Assembly: GCF_011386835.1 (NCBI RefSeq)
Contig: NC_088794.1
Span: 34,658,001 to 34,722,000 of the forward strand
DNA: 64,000 nt
Reading direction: 5' to 3'
Source of the DNA: Chrysemys picta bellii
Taxonomy: Eukaryota
Positions 62,623 to 64,000 of this stretch are shown here, in pieces. Under the pieces are notes generated by a model. It had not been told where the DNA came from and did not search any database. It worked only from the letters and a program-made list of their open reading frames with translations. Both the position numbers and the translations under genes were made by a program. Within the stretch, counting starts at the first letter, position 1, and each line of letters opens with the position of its first letter.

Positions 62623-63050
62623 ACATAAGAATGGCTATAACAGGTCAAAACAATGGTCCCTCTAGCCCAGTATCCTATCTTCCAACAGTGGTCAGTGCCA
62701 GATACTTCACGGGGAATTAACAGATCAGGGCAATTATCAAGTGGCCTGTTGTCCAGTGTTAGCTTCTGGCAGTCAGAGGTTTAGGGACACCCAGTGCGTG
62801 TGGTTGTGTCCCTAACCCTCTTGGCTAATAGGTATTGATGGACCTATCCCTCCATAAACTTATCTAATTCTTTTTTGAACCAAATTATACTTTTGGCCTT
62901 CACAACACCCCCTGCCAACAACCAGTTCCACAGATTGACAGTGTGTTGTATCAAGAAATACTTCCTTATGGTTGTTTTAAACCTGCTCCTTATTAATTTC
63001 ATTGGGGGACCGCTGGTCCTTGCATTGTGTGAAGGGGTAACAAGACTTCC
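62623..63050 (-). mobile_element. CR1 3' fragment (ORF2 end plus long 3' UTR)
   Basis: Minus frame reads KLIRSRFKTTIRKYFLIQHTVNLWN...FKKELDKFME; the 3' UTR is the reverse complement of the 61321-61458 type. Confidence 0.85.
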
Positions 63051-63792
63051 CGGTTGCATACAAGACAGTTCCATGAACAATCTTTTGCCAAGAACTCAGC
63101 TCATTACAAATTTATCTGACCAGCATTGTAAGATGGGCTTTTGTTTGCCTTCATCTAAAGAAAATCAAGCTGTACATTTGTTATTGTGAGAGTCAGGCAT
63201 AATTCACTACCAAAGATGATTTGTATTTAAGCAAAAATGGCTCTGGAGGAAGTGTGTAATCTATTTCAGAAATATGTATAAACTGTTATCACACTATAAT
63301 TTTAAGGCCCTCTCCACCTCTTTTCATGTTTGCACAAACACTGCAGTAACTAGGCACATAAAAGCATTTCTGTAAAATTAAAGGCGCAGCATACTATCCA
63401 TCATCCAAGAGGAGTGTCTACTGCAGTGGAATCCTGTGCTTTAACCGAACTACTGAGATTCATTTGTTCTGTAGGAGTGCTGCAAAAGCAATCCTCAAGC
63501 TGCTGTCAATAGCTCTGATTATGAGGAGACCAATGAAGCAATGCCAAATTGCTGTGTCATCTGGTGCTGCTGAAGTGCTGCTCTGCTGCCTGCAATTCAA
63601 AACCATGCTGAAACAAGAAGTGAGGGAAGACATAAGCTCATGGTGGACTGCTCAGATCTGCTTGTTATATAGCAAGGGATTCTGATGATCTTTCCTATAA
63701 ATCAACAGAGGACTGGAAACAGCAAATGAAGATTAGGCTTGCTGTTCTTTTATACTGAACAGCATGTTTCACCTTACTTTAGAGACTAGTAT

Positions 63793-64000
63793 GTTTACAA
63801 GACAATGGACAACCCTCAGATATCCACCCCAAACACATCGCCAAACTCATCCTCACCATAACAATTTTACATTCAATCACAAACGCTTTGTCCAAACCAT
63901 GGGAAGAGCCATGGGTACTAGCCCTGGATACTGCCAACCTCTTCATGGGCCACCTTAGAGAAGAATTTCTGGACAAATGCACCACAAAGTCAATGATATA
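63793..64000 (+). mobile_element. Penelope-like RT fragment (continues beyond the window)
   Basis: HNNFTFNHKRFVQTMGRAMGT and ANLFMGHLEEEFLDK-like motifs in broken frames. Confidence 0.8.

Noticed and set aside
63430-63690. Possible exon on either strand
   Set aside because: Acceptor-like sites exist, but frames close early and no clear donor was found.
1-64000. CRISPR arrays, rRNA, operons
   Set aside because: No regularly spaced repeat-spacer arrays or rRNA-like sequence; the window is eukaryotic repeat-rich DNA.

Overview
Vertebrate, repeat-dense non-coding DNA, most likely turtle (inferred from a PsCR1-type full-length CR1, tortoise-type tRNA-derived SINEs with CR1 tails, and abundant DIRS, Penelope-like and Harbinger/hAT elements). 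No host gene could be identified with confidence; two weak minus-strand exon candidates are listed as findings. The window contains two large decayed DIRS tyrosine-recombinase retrotransposons plus remnants, a near-intact full-length CR1 LINE, an old L2-like LINE split by a solo LTR, four Penelope-like pieces (the three terminal-repeat pieces have TSDs; hammerhead-like motifs at three sites), two tRNA-SINEs, and many MITEs with verifiable TIRs/TSDs. The most unusual object is 53289-58291. It is bounded by 150-bp INVERTED terminal repeats (TGT...ACA) and a 4-bp TSD. Its interior is an integrase-less, circularly permuted Gypsy gag-pol (linker-RT-RNaseH-gag-protease-linker) with a 165-bp terminal redundancy, later hit by a SINE and then a Penelope element. 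All calls come from reading the sequence by eye; no database searches were run.
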